A stretch of DNA of 64,000 bases from Felis catus (taxonomy: Eukaryota): contig NC_058368.1 of the NCBI RefSeq assembly GCF_018350175.1, forward strand, positions 90,894,001 through 90,958,000, in the 5' to 3' direction. The notes below the pieces were generated by a model that was given only the letters and a program-made list of their open reading frames with translations, ran no database searches and was not told where the DNA came from. Within the stretch, counting starts at the first letter, position 1; every line of letters starts with the position of its first letter. The translations under genes were made by a program, and so were the position numbers. Below, piece by piece: positions 25,601 through 36,692 of the stretch.

Positions 25601-26889
25601 TATCTCAGTGTGCTCTGTGCCCTTGAGATGGGCCCTTGGGAGGGTTCCTGCCAGGCAGCTGGGCCACCTTGGGCCCTGGTCTCCTGACTGTGGCTCAGGA
25701 CAGCATCAGATTCAGTGCCCTTGGGTCAGCCCAGCAGGAGGCCAGCCAGGGAGGAGAGCCCGACCCTGGCATGTAGGGAGACCCTTAACTCTTCTGAAAT
25801 CTTTTAGGCCAGAGAGGGCCACTCCTCACCAGGTTGGGTTGTCACATTGGGTCCCTCTAGAATGACCCCAGGGCCATCAGGCTGTGGCATAGATGGTTCC
25901 TAGTCTGGGGTGCAGGAGTCCCTCCAGAAGAGGGGGTTGCCTTGCTGTTTGCTGGTGTCTTATTGTCTTGCCCCCTAATTGCCACAATAGGTCTGGTTTG
26001 GCCCAGGGTCCCACCTGGGAGATGCTCCCTCCACCTGGGGTCAGGGTCTGATTCCTAGACCCTATGTGTTCCCAGCAGGCTTTCCCACCCTTGGGTCTTA
26101 GTTCTCTCATTTGCAAAGCAAGCAGGTGGATGACATCAGTTGGGTCGCAGAGCACCGTCAGCCTGTGCTCCGGTTCTGTGTCCCAGGCTGTATCTGCTCC
26201 TGCAGTAACCACGTGATGGGGAGGGATGATCAACTCTGTTTACAGGCAATTCATTGGAGGCTCAGGGAGCCTTAGCACCTTGGCTGAGGTCACCTGGTCA
26301 GGCAGAAACAGAGCTGGGAACCCAGAACGCTGACTCTGGACTGCATGGCTAGTTCCCACGTGTACTTGAATGGGTTCTTTGATAAGATGGGTTTGAGACA
26401 CCAGTCTGCCCCCAAACCACAAACGTGGGAGATGTCAGTGGCACTGTAGAGGAAGGAACTCTTGCTGTTGTCCAGTCACCCACAAGGCAGTTGGAAGGGG
26501 ATGGCCCATGATGTCCCGCCTTTCCTGTGTCTCAGAGGACATGCCCCACTGTTGTGGGGTCATTTATTCACTCATCCACAAGCATTTGCTCACTCCCTGC
26601 CTGGCCTGATGGGACCCTGGGACCCGGGCATGAGTCAGAGTGTAGGGCCTGCAGAGTTCTCACAGGCCTGTCCTCCCCTCACTCCTCCCACAGACTGGTG
26701 ACCTTGGCACCCTGGTCTTGGCCCCCATAGCTCTGGCTCCTACCCTTCCTTTGCATCTTAGACCCCTTCCCCAGAAGACCGAGATGCTGCAAACCCATGT
26801 CTCTGGGGGGTCTGCCGTGCCTGCCTCTCTCCAATCCTGTGCCCTTCAGAGAATGGCCACCCCCATCATCCCACTACCCACTGGGACCC

Positions 26890-27025
26890 TGTATTCATTT
26901 TCTGCAGCTGATGTAACAAATTACTGAGAACAAGAGAAACTTATTCTCTCACAGGTCTGGAGGCCAAGGTCAGGGTGTTGGCAGGGCCACGTTCTCCCTG
27001 GAGGCTGGAGAGGAGAATGCGAGGG
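26890..27025 (-). mobile_element. MaLR (MLT1) LTR fragment
   Basis: gtaacaaattact...ttattctctcacaggtctggaggccaaggtcagggtgttggcagggcca. Confidence 0.75.
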
Positions 27026-27064
27026 GACTCCTGGCCAGTGCCAGCTAAGCTGGTGTGTTAGATG

Positions 27065-27182
27065 GGCAGCCGGAAATGCCAGCTTTTCTGATGTTTTGAG
27101 AGAATTTGAAAATCTGGTCATTTATGTGAAATCCTCTGATTCTTAAGTTGGAGCAACTAATTTAAGCTTTTAAGAAGCTCAG
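27065..27182 (+). mobile_element. hAT-Charlie MITE (MER103-like), left part; split by the L1
   Basis: ttctgatgttttgagagaatttgaaaatctggtcatttatgtgaaatcctctgattcttaagttggagcaactaattt matches the other in-window copies. Confidence 0.6.
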
Positions 27183-27701
27183 AGTGAGGTCACCAAGTTG
27201 GCAGAGTAGGGGATTCAGCCTCCATCCCCCAAAGAAGATGAATAATTAGGCAACTATCCACCAACAAAAACATCTCCGGGAAAACTCAGGAGTCCACTTA
27301 AACTTCAGCAACACAGTAGAACAAAAACCCTGAGAAAAATGGCACGAGAAGAAAAGGAAGGCAGCTTCATTTTGTCTGTATCACCCCGTCCCCCAGGCTA
27401 GTGCTGCTCTGTGCCAAGAGGGAACTTCCCCAGCATGAGTTTCCCACACCGGGAAAGGGAGAGTGGGGTGTGCGACCAGCTTCCCTAGCCTCTCAGCGAA
27501 CAAAGGACCCACTCTGTGTCACCCCATCCAGAAACCAGTGAAGCTGAGAGGTATAGAGATGGCTAGGAACAAAGAAGAAGGACAAGAATTACCAGCATTA
27601 AGAATGACCATGGTTCCCCGTGGTCCACTCCACAAGGGACCTCAGAGTTTTCACGGCTGAAGAAACCAATGGTCAGCACAGCTGCTATGGACCCCTGCAG
27701 A

Positions 27702-27735
27702 TTTTTTTAATTGATTTTTTAAAAAGTTTGTTTTT

Positions 27736-27767
<32 letters not shown>

Positions 27768-27928
27768 AGAGGAAGGGCAGAGAGAAAGGGAGAGAGAGAA
27801 TCCCAAGCAGGCTCCATGCTGTCAACGTGGAGCCCAGCGCCAGGGCTCGATCCCACAAACTGTGAGATCACGACCTGAGCCAAAATCAAGAGTCGGATGC
27901 TTAACCAACTGAGCCACCCAGGTGCCTC
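27702..27928 (-). mobile_element. Can-SINE in the L1 5'UTR
   Basis: TSD ccctgcagatttt at 27693-27705 and 27934-27946. Confidence 0.93.
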
Positions 27929-29672
27929 TAGAGCCCTGCAGATTTTACCACTGAGTTTTCATCCCACACGCTTTCACACTCACAGACACTAGCTGCTTGA
28001 GTCCCTCCTGCTCCCTCTTCCCACACCCTCCCCCCAAGCCTGGGATCTGCATCAGCAGCCTTCCCTGGCCTCTGTGGCTGCACGAGTGCAGAACACCAGC
28101 CTAGACCCCTGTGGCTGATCCCCACTGCTGTGTATACACAGGGCTAACCCCTTCAGCTGTACACATGCATACTGCTGACCTGACTCTTGTCACCAACCTC
28201 CACTGCCATGTGTGTGCCTGTGGTGAGACCCTGCCACTATGGGAGTGCACAGTGACAGCTAGGTCACTGGTAACTGTTAGTGTGTCTGTGGTTGGCTTTG
28301 GTTCTTACTGCTGCTCCTGGCTCTTGTCACAAGTATATATGAAACAAGACCCTGCCACTCCACAGGCACCTGCAGCTGAGCCCCATAGCTGAGTATGTGC
28401 ATACCACCAGGTCTGGCCACCACCACTGCCTGCCCTCATCCCTAGCCACTAGACCTGAAGGCGCCACTGAAGACCTCAAGAGTGCTTGTAGCCACAGAAG
28501 ACCCCCATAGTGCTTTCCAGGGACCATGAACTTGTCAATGTTGTGGATTCTAGCATCCTAAGCCAATGAAACATCATGTCTTCCCTACCCACCCTGCCCC
28601 CCCCCAGACCCAGAACCACCACACACCCCCTGCAGTTGGTGCCCTGCTTTTGCCCACCAGATCTGGGGGCCAGATGTCAACAGCATGACCCGGTGTGCTC
28701 CCACCTGCAGATGAAGGTCTTCCCTTACTGAAGTCAGCTTATAAAGTCTGGAAATGCACAGAAACCTATGCAAGGCTACAGGGATTATGAGGAATCAGAG
28801 AAATGAGGCCCCATCAAAGGAACACAGTAAACTTCCAGCAACTGATCCGAAAGAAACGGAGATACATGAATTGCCTGATAAAGAATTCAAAATAATCATT
28901 CTAAGTTTCCTCAGAGAGCTTAAGAGAGCTAGGAAAATAACACAAGAACAAAATGAAAAGTTTAACAAAGATAAAACATAAAAAAGAACCAAACAGAAAT
29001 ATTGGGGTTTAAAAACAGAGTGATTGGAGTGCAGAATTCAATAGAGAGTGTCAACATCAGATTGGACCACGTAGAAGAGACAGTGAGGTAGAAGGCAGAT
29101 CATGTGAAATTATCCAGTCAGAGGAGCAAGAGTATGAAAAGGAATGGAGGAAGGCCATAGAGCTTATGGGTCACTAGTAAGAGACACAATCTATGCATTA
29201 TTGGAGTTCCAGAAAGAGAAGACAGGGAGAAAGGGGCAGAGAATTTATTTAAAGAAATACCGGCTGAGAACTTCCTAAACCCGGGGAGAGATTTGGAATC
29301 CAAGTTCATGAAAATCACCCCCAAATTTCTATCTAGAAAGATCTTCTCCAGGACACATTATAGTAAACCATCTAAAGTCAAAGACAAAGAGATCCTTTCA
29401 AATGCAGCAAGAGAAAAAATTTCTCTCTTACCAGAGACCCTCCACCCCATAAAGCTCTCAGTGGATTTCTCAGCAGATACCTTGCTGGCCAGAAAAGATG
29501 GGGAGGATATATTCAAGGTGCTGAGAAAAAAAAAAAAAGAAAAACTATCAACAAAGAATACTTTATCTTGCCAAGTTGTCCTTCAGAAATGAAGACATGA
29601 TAAAGACTTTACCAACCAAACAAAAGCTGAGGAAAGCTCATCACACTAGACCTACTTTACAAGAAATACTGA

Positions 29673-29886
29673 GGGGTGCCTGGATGGCTTAGTTGGTTAA
29701 ACATCTGACTCTTGATTTTGGCTCAGGTCATGATCTCATCATTGTGAGTGAGATTGAGCCCTGCGTCTGCACTGTCAGCAAAGAGCCTGCTTGGGATTCT
29801 CTCTCCCCCTCACCTGCGCATCCACATGTACATGTGCATGCACATGCTCTCTCTCTCTCTCTCAAATAAATAAACATTAAAAAAAA
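29673..29886 (+). mobile_element. Can-SINE in L1 ORF1
   Basis: ggggtgcctggatggcttagttggttaa head; TSD-like aagaaatactga / aataaatgctga. Confidence 0.92.
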
Positions 29887-30206
29887 TAAATGCTGAAAGG
29901 AGTTCTTCAAGCTGAAACAAAAGGGTGCTAATTAGTAACATAAGAACATGTGAAAAAATATAACACCCCTGTAAAGTATATAATCAAATTCAGAATACTT
30001 TAATACTGTAATATGGTGGTTTGTTAACCCCTTAAATCTAATATAAAGGTTAAAGAATGCCAGTATTAAAAATAGCTATAGCTATAATAATTTGTCAATG
30101 AATACATGGTATGAAGAGATGTAAATTGTGACATCAGAAACATAAAATGTGGGAGTGGAAAATAAAAGGGAGAGTTTTTGTGTTCAATTGAAATTAAGTT
30201 GTTATC

Positions 30207-30705
30207 CTTGTCTGAGGAAATCGTCAGCATCTTAGAGACTGGAAAGTGTAAGTGCTTTTTGGTGAATGCAGTAACCTAACTTCTTCCCAGCCTGCTGTCC
30301 TGGACCTGAGCTGCAGCCTCCAGCCCTGCCATCCCTCCTGCAGACTGGATCCCCCTACAGCCATTTCTGTTCTAATGGAGTGTTGTACAGCCTTTAGCCC
30401 ATGGGAAATCTTTGTAGTAAGAAACCAAGGACCGGTTTTCCATCCGACATGTGTGAATGCCTTACCCCCCTTTATTCTACATTAAGTCCTAGTTCAGATT
30501 CTTTGAGAATGAGCAGGGAAGGGGCAGAGAATCCCAAGCGGACTGTGCTCTGGCAGGTCAGCCCAATGCAGAGGATCATTGAGCTGAAACTGAGAGTCCA
30601 CATGCTTGACTGACTCAGCCACTCAGGCACCCTAGTCCTATTTTAGCCTTACATCTCCAAATGGTGAAACATTTCAATAAAATAACAATGATTTTGAAAA
30701 AAAAA
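30207..30705 (+). pseudogene. Retroposed 3' end of an unidentified polyadenylated transcript (5'-truncated retrocopy or orphan transduction)
   Basis: Non-L1 sequence interrupts the L1 inter-ORF region. 17-bp TSD gaaattaagttgttatc (30190-30206) / gaaactaagatgttatc (30706-30722). AATAAA at 30676-30681, A9 tail at 30697-30705. Confidence 0.8.
30499..30632 (-). mobile_element. Eroded Can-SINE fragment within the retrocopy
   Basis: gagcagggaaggggcagagaatcccaagc...gactgactcagccactcaggcaccc. Confidence 0.82.
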
Positions 30706-31786
30706 GAAACTAAGATGTTATCAACATTTATTATATCTGTAAGATGAGTAAGCCTCAGAGTAACTGCAAAACAAAAACCTATGGGAGATGCACACAAGAT
30801 AAAGAGAAGAGAATCAAAGTATACCACTGTAAAAAATCATCAACTCACAAAAGAAGACAGCAAGAGAGGAAGAAAAGAACAAAGGAACTATAAAACAGAA
30901 AACAATTAAGATGGCTTTGGTGAGTCTTTAACTATCAGTAATTACTTTAAATGTAAATGGGTTAAATTCTCCAATCAAAAGTCTTAGAGTGACTGAGTGG
31001 ATTGAAAAAAAAGGAAGACCCAACTATATGCTGCCTACGAGAGACTTACTTCAGCTTTAAGGACACACTTAGCCTTAAAGTGGAAGGATGATAAAAGATA
31101 TTCCATGAAAATGAAAACAGAACAGAGCAGGGGTAGCTATACTTATAATAGATAAAATAGAGTTAAGTCAAAAACTGTAACAAGAGAAAAAGAAGGTCAT
31201 TATACAGTTGTAAAGTGGTCATCAAGAGAATATAAGAAGTATAAATGTATATATACACTCAACATCAGAGCACCTAAATGTAATAAATCAAATACTAATA
31301 GATCCGAAGGGAGAGATAGACAACAATACAATAATAGTAGTCCCACTTTCAATAGTGGATAGATCATTCAGACAGAAAATCAATAAGGAAACATTGGACT
31401 TGAACCATACTTTAGACCAAATGGACTTAATATGTATACAGAACATTCCATCCAATAACAGCAGAATACATATTCTTCTTGAGTGCACATGGAACAATCT
31501 CCAGGACAGATGACATGTTAGGGTGGAGAACAAATCTTAGCAAATGTAAATCATACCAAGTAACTTTTCTGATTACAGTGGTATGAAACTAGAAATCAAC
31601 AACAGGAGGAAAACTGGAAAATTCACAAATATGCAGAAACTAAACAACACATTCTTGAACAACCAGTGGGTCGGAGAAGAAATCAAAAAGGAAATAAGGA
31701 AAGTATCTTGAAACAAACAAAAATGGAAACACAACATACCAGAACTTATGTGATACTGCAAAAGCAGTTCTAAGAAGGAAGTTTAT

Positions 31787-32015
31787 TTTATTTTTGTTTT
31801 TTGTTTTTTGTTTTTTGTTTTTTTTCAATATATGAAGTTTATTGTCAAATTGGTTTCCATACAACACCCAGTGCTCATCCCAAAAGGTGGCCTCCTCAAT
31901 ACCCATCACCCACCCTCCCCTCCCTCCCACCCCCCATCAACCCTCAGTTTGTTCTCAGTTTTTAAGAGTCTCTTATGCTTTGGTTCTCTTCCACTCTAAC
32001 TTCTTTTTTTTTCCT
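31787..32015 (-). mobile_element. Felid L1 (L1_Fc-like) short 3' fragment inserted in the older L1 ORF2
   Basis: atgaagtttattgtcaaattggtttccatacaacacccagtgctcatccc; TSD taagaaggaagtttat (31771-31786) / taaggaggaagtttat (32016-32031). Confidence 0.9.
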
Positions 32016-33048
32016 TAAGGAGGAAGTTTATAGTGATAAATACCTACAATAAAAAAGATTTCAAATAAACAGCCTAACTTTACACCTCAAGGAACTTGGA
32101 AAAGAAAAACAAACTAAGCCCAGAGTTAGCTGAAGGAAGGAGATAACAAAGATCATTTCAGGACTAAATGAAGTAGAGAATAGAAAAACAATAAAAAGGT
32201 GAACAAAACCAAATAAAGATGTAAATAAAATTTAAAAAGATATTATAACCAATATCACAGAAATATGAAGGATCATAAGAGAATACTATGAACAAGTATA
32301 CAACAACATATTAGACAACCTTGAAGAAGTGGATACATTCCTAGAATCATATAATCTACCAAGACTGAATTAGGAAGAAATAGAAAGTCTAAACAGACCA
32401 GTAATGAGAAGGAGATTGGACCCATAATCAAAAATATTTCTAAACAAAGAAAAGCCCCAGAGTAGATGATTTCACAACTAAATTCTGCCAAACATTTCAA
32501 GATGAACTAATGCCAATCCTTCTCAAACTCTTCCAAAAAATTGTGGAGGAAAGAACACTCCCAAACTCATTTTATAATGCCCAAACCAGAAAAGGATGCT
32601 ACAAGAAAAGAAAACTATAGGCCAATATCCCAGGTGAACATAGATGCAAAAATTCTCAACAAAATACTAGCAAACCAAATTCAATAGCACATTAAAAGGA
32701 TCATGCATATTATCAGGTAGGATTTATCCCTGGGATGCAAGGTTGTTTCAACATATGCAAATCAATAAATGTGATACACCAGCTTAACAGAATGAAAAAC
32801 AAAATTCATATGATCATTCCAATAGATGCAGAGGAAGCATTAGACAAAATTCAACTTCCTTTCATGATAAAACTCTCAACAAATTGGGTGTAGAAGGAAC
32901 ATAGCTCAACATAATAAAGGTTGTATGTGACAAACCCACAGCTATTATCATACTCAATAGTGAAATGTTAAATGCTTTCCTGCTAAGATCATGAACAAGA
33001 CAAGGATGCCCACTCTCACCACTCCAGTTCAACTTAGTACTGGAACAA

Positions 33049-33155
33049 TTTTTTTAAGCTTATTATTTAGTAATCTCTAATTGAACTGGGATTTGAACTG
33101 CTGACCTCAGGAACAAGAATTGTATGCTCTTCTAACTGAGCCAGCCAGGTGCCCC
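33049..33155 (-). mobile_element. Short older Can-SINE
   Basis: tttagtaatctct...gggatttgaact...ctaactgagccagccaggtgcccc. Confidence 0.85.
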
Positions 33156-33463
33156 AGTAGTGAGACTTCTAACCAGAATAGTCAGGCAAGATAAAGAAAT
33201 AAAAGGCATCCAAATAGGAAGGGAAGAAGTAAAATTGTCTCTATTTTCTGGTTACATGATCTTATATACAGAAAATCCTAAAGACTCCATCAGAAAACTG
33301 TTAGAATTAATCAAATTGATTAAAGTTTCAGGATACAAAAATCAACATACAAAAATCAATTACATTTCTATATGAGAACAGTGAGCTATCTGACAAAGGA
33401 AGAAAACAATCTCATTTACAATCACATCTAAACACAACATCATATCACCCAAGGAAGTGAAAG

Positions 33464-33467
<4 letters not shown>

Positions 33468-33512
<45 letters not shown>
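33468..33512. repeat. (CA)n microsatellite inside L1 ORF2
   Basis: About 22 perfect units. Confidence 0.97.
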
Positions 33513-33514
<2 letters not shown>

Positions 33515-34871
33515 GATATTGATGAAGGAAACTGAAGAAGATACAAATAAATGGGAAGATATACTTTGTTCATGGATCAGAAGAGTTAATGATGTTAAAA
33601 TGTCCATACTACACAGAGCCATGTCTAGATTCAATGGAATCTCTATCAAAATTCCAAATTCTAATAGAAAACCAATCCTAAAATTTATATGGAACCACCA
33701 AAGACCCCAAATAGCCAAACAAAAAATGGTGGAGGCATTATTCTGATTCCAAACTGCATTTCAAAGCTATAGTAATCAAAACAGTATGATACTGGCACAT
33801 AGACAAATAGAACAGAATTGAGGGTCCAGAAATAATTCCACACATAACACAGTGAGTTTATATTTGGCCAAGGAGCCAAGAATACTCAATGGGGAAAGAT
33901 AATCTCCTCAATAAATAGTGTTGGATAATAACATGCCAAAGAATGAAATTGGACCCCTGTCCTACACCACTCACAAAAATTAACTCGAAACTGATTAAAG
34001 ACTTCAACATAAAATCATAAAACTTGAAGAAAATATAGGAAAAAACTTCTTGACATTGGTCTTGGCAATGATTTTTTGGATATGACACCAACAGCATAAA
34101 CAACAAAACCAAAAATCAGTAAGTGGTACTACATCAAACTAAAAAGCTTTTGCACAGCAAAGGAAACCATCAACAAAATGAAAAGCCAACCTGTGGAATA
34201 AGAGAAAATATTGCAAAGCAGCATGTATCAGATAAGAGGTTAATATCCAAATACATACAGAAGTTATACAACTCAAAGCAGAAAAAAAATATGATTAAAA
34301 AAATAGACAAAGGGCTTGCATTAGACATTTTTTTTCACAGAAGACGTACAGATGGTCAATAAATACATAAAAGGTGCTCAGCCTCAGGGAAATGCAAATC
34401 AAGGCCAACCATGTTGCATAACATCTGTTAGAATTGTTATCAAAAATATGAAATAACAAGTGTTGGTGAGGATGTGGAGACAGGGAGCCCTTCTGCACTG
34501 TGGGTAGGAATGTGAGCTGGTTCTGTCACTATGTCACTATGGAGATTCCTCAAAAAATTAAAAATAGAACTACTGTATGATCTAGAAGTCCCACTTGTGT
34601 GTATATATAGAGAGGAAATGCCAACAGAATATTGAAGTGATATCTGCACTCCTATATCCATTGTGTCATTATTCATAGGCAAGAAAGCAACCTAAATGTC
34701 CATCTGTAGATGGCAGGTTGATAAATGTTTGTATATACAATGGAATATTATTCAGCCTTTATAAAGAAGGATGTCCTGCTGTTTGTGACAACATGGATGA
34801 AACTGGATACTATGCTAAGTGAAATAAGCTAGACACAGAAAGACAAATGCAACCTAAAATATTCAAACTTA

Positions 34872-35070
34872 GGGCACCTGGGGTGTCTCAGTCAGTTGGG
34901 CATCTGACTCTTGATTTCAGCTCAGATCATGATTTCATGGTTCATGAGATTAAGCCCCGTGTCAGGTTCTATGCTGACAGTGTGGAGCCTGCTTCAGATT
35001 CTCTCTCTCCCTCTGCCTCTCCCCTGCTCATGTTTGCTCTCAAAATAAATAAACTTAAAAAAAATAAAAT
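34872..35070 (+). mobile_element. Can-SINE in the L1 3'UTR
   Basis: TSD aaaatattcaaactta / aaaatactcagactta. Confidence 0.93.
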
Positions 35071-35487
35071 AAAATACTCAGACTTATAACAGTGGAGTAG
35101 AATGGTGGTTGCCGGAGGCTGAAGGGAGGGGAAAATGGGAGGTGATGGTACAAAATTTTAGTTATGCAAGATAAGTTTTGGAGATCTATTATATAGCACA
35201 GTGCCTGTAGCTAACAATATTCTATCATATACTTACAATTTGCTAAGAGGGTCAAATATCATATGAAGTGTTCTTACCATGAGAAAATGATAATAATAAA
35301 GGGGGTGGGAAGATAACTTGAAGGTGATGGATATGTTTATGCCCTTGATGGTGGTGGTTTCATGAGTGATACTTATTCCCAAACTCATTGAGTTGTATAC
35401 ATTAACTGTACACATCTTTTCACATGCCAATCATATTTCAGTAAAATGGTTTTAAAAAACCCACCCAGAACCCTGAATGGGTCATAA

Positions 35488-35554
35488 ATGTGTGATCTAA
35501 AGGAAATGTATCTGCAGGTTGACACAGTGGGGCCCCCCAGTGTGAGACCACCAG
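35488..35554 (+). mobile_element. MER103-like MITE, right part (continuation after the L1)
   Basis: tgtgtgatctaaaggaaatgtatctgcagg...ccccagtgtgagacc parallels tgtgggccatacgaaacatgtctgtagg in the 58 kb copy. Confidence 0.45.
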
Positions 35555-36203
35555 TTTATGGATAATAGATTGAAAATCAAAAGCATGGAAGTTGGACGGA
35601 TGGCCAAAGGGAGGGTAGGGCCCTGTGCCTGCAGTTGGGGGATCTGAACGAGGTGCTGAAGGAAGAAGGGGAGTTTGCCAGATGGCCAAGGTGAGAAGGC
35701 CTAGCTGTGAGTGCTGTATTGGAAGGAGGGGCTGTCCCGGCCACTGGTGTGAGGTGTGCGAGTTAGGGACTGGGGGTGGGGGTGGGGGGCAGTGGGAAGC
35801 TGAGAGTTTTGGATGCCACAGTACAGAGCAGCCTGAATCCTGACAGGGACAGGGGTCCAGGGACGGCTTTCCAGCACGGGGAGGGGGGAGGCGGCTACAG
35901 CCCGTCTTGGGGGAGACAGCAGTCCAGTTGCTGCGGAGTCTGGGCCGGTGACTGATGTAGGTATAGGTAGGGGTAGACGGTGGGGGATGGGGACCGTGGC
36001 CAGCCTCAGAGCTGCATGCTGTGTCCGTGGCTTGCACCGCTGGGCAGCGTGCACTGTGGTCAGCGTGTGTTTCACAAGGGAAGATGGAATAGTCCAGTTT
36101 TGAGACCCGAATTCTCATCATTTTGAGGGTCGGATTCAGAACTTTTGAAAATACTGTTTTGGTCCAGCTGGCCATGTCTGCAGCAGATGTAGTCCCCAGT
36201 TGA

Positions 36204-36692
<489 letters not shown>

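Larger units (their letters stand above)
27183..35460 (+). mobile_element. Near full-length decayed LINE-1 (L1MA/L1MB age), sense to ADAMTS2, carrying multiple younger insertions
   Basis: 5'UTR from ~27183; ORF1 remnants (ETEIHELPDKEFKIIIL, IKLSVDFSADTL) ~28754-29950; ORF2 start atggctttggtgag...tcagtaattactttaaatgtaaatgg at 30911; RT remnant ([18 protein letters not shown]); 3'UTR to ~35460; many stops and frameshifts. Confidence 0.93.

Noticed and set aside
27183..35460. Active L1 or intact reverse transcriptase
   Set aside because: Both ORFs are broken by many stops, frameshifts and insertions.
35438..36175. 245-aa Pro-rich minus-strand ORF next to the exon
   Set aside because: Translates G-rich intronic and repeat-derived sequence; no recognisable homology or gene structure.
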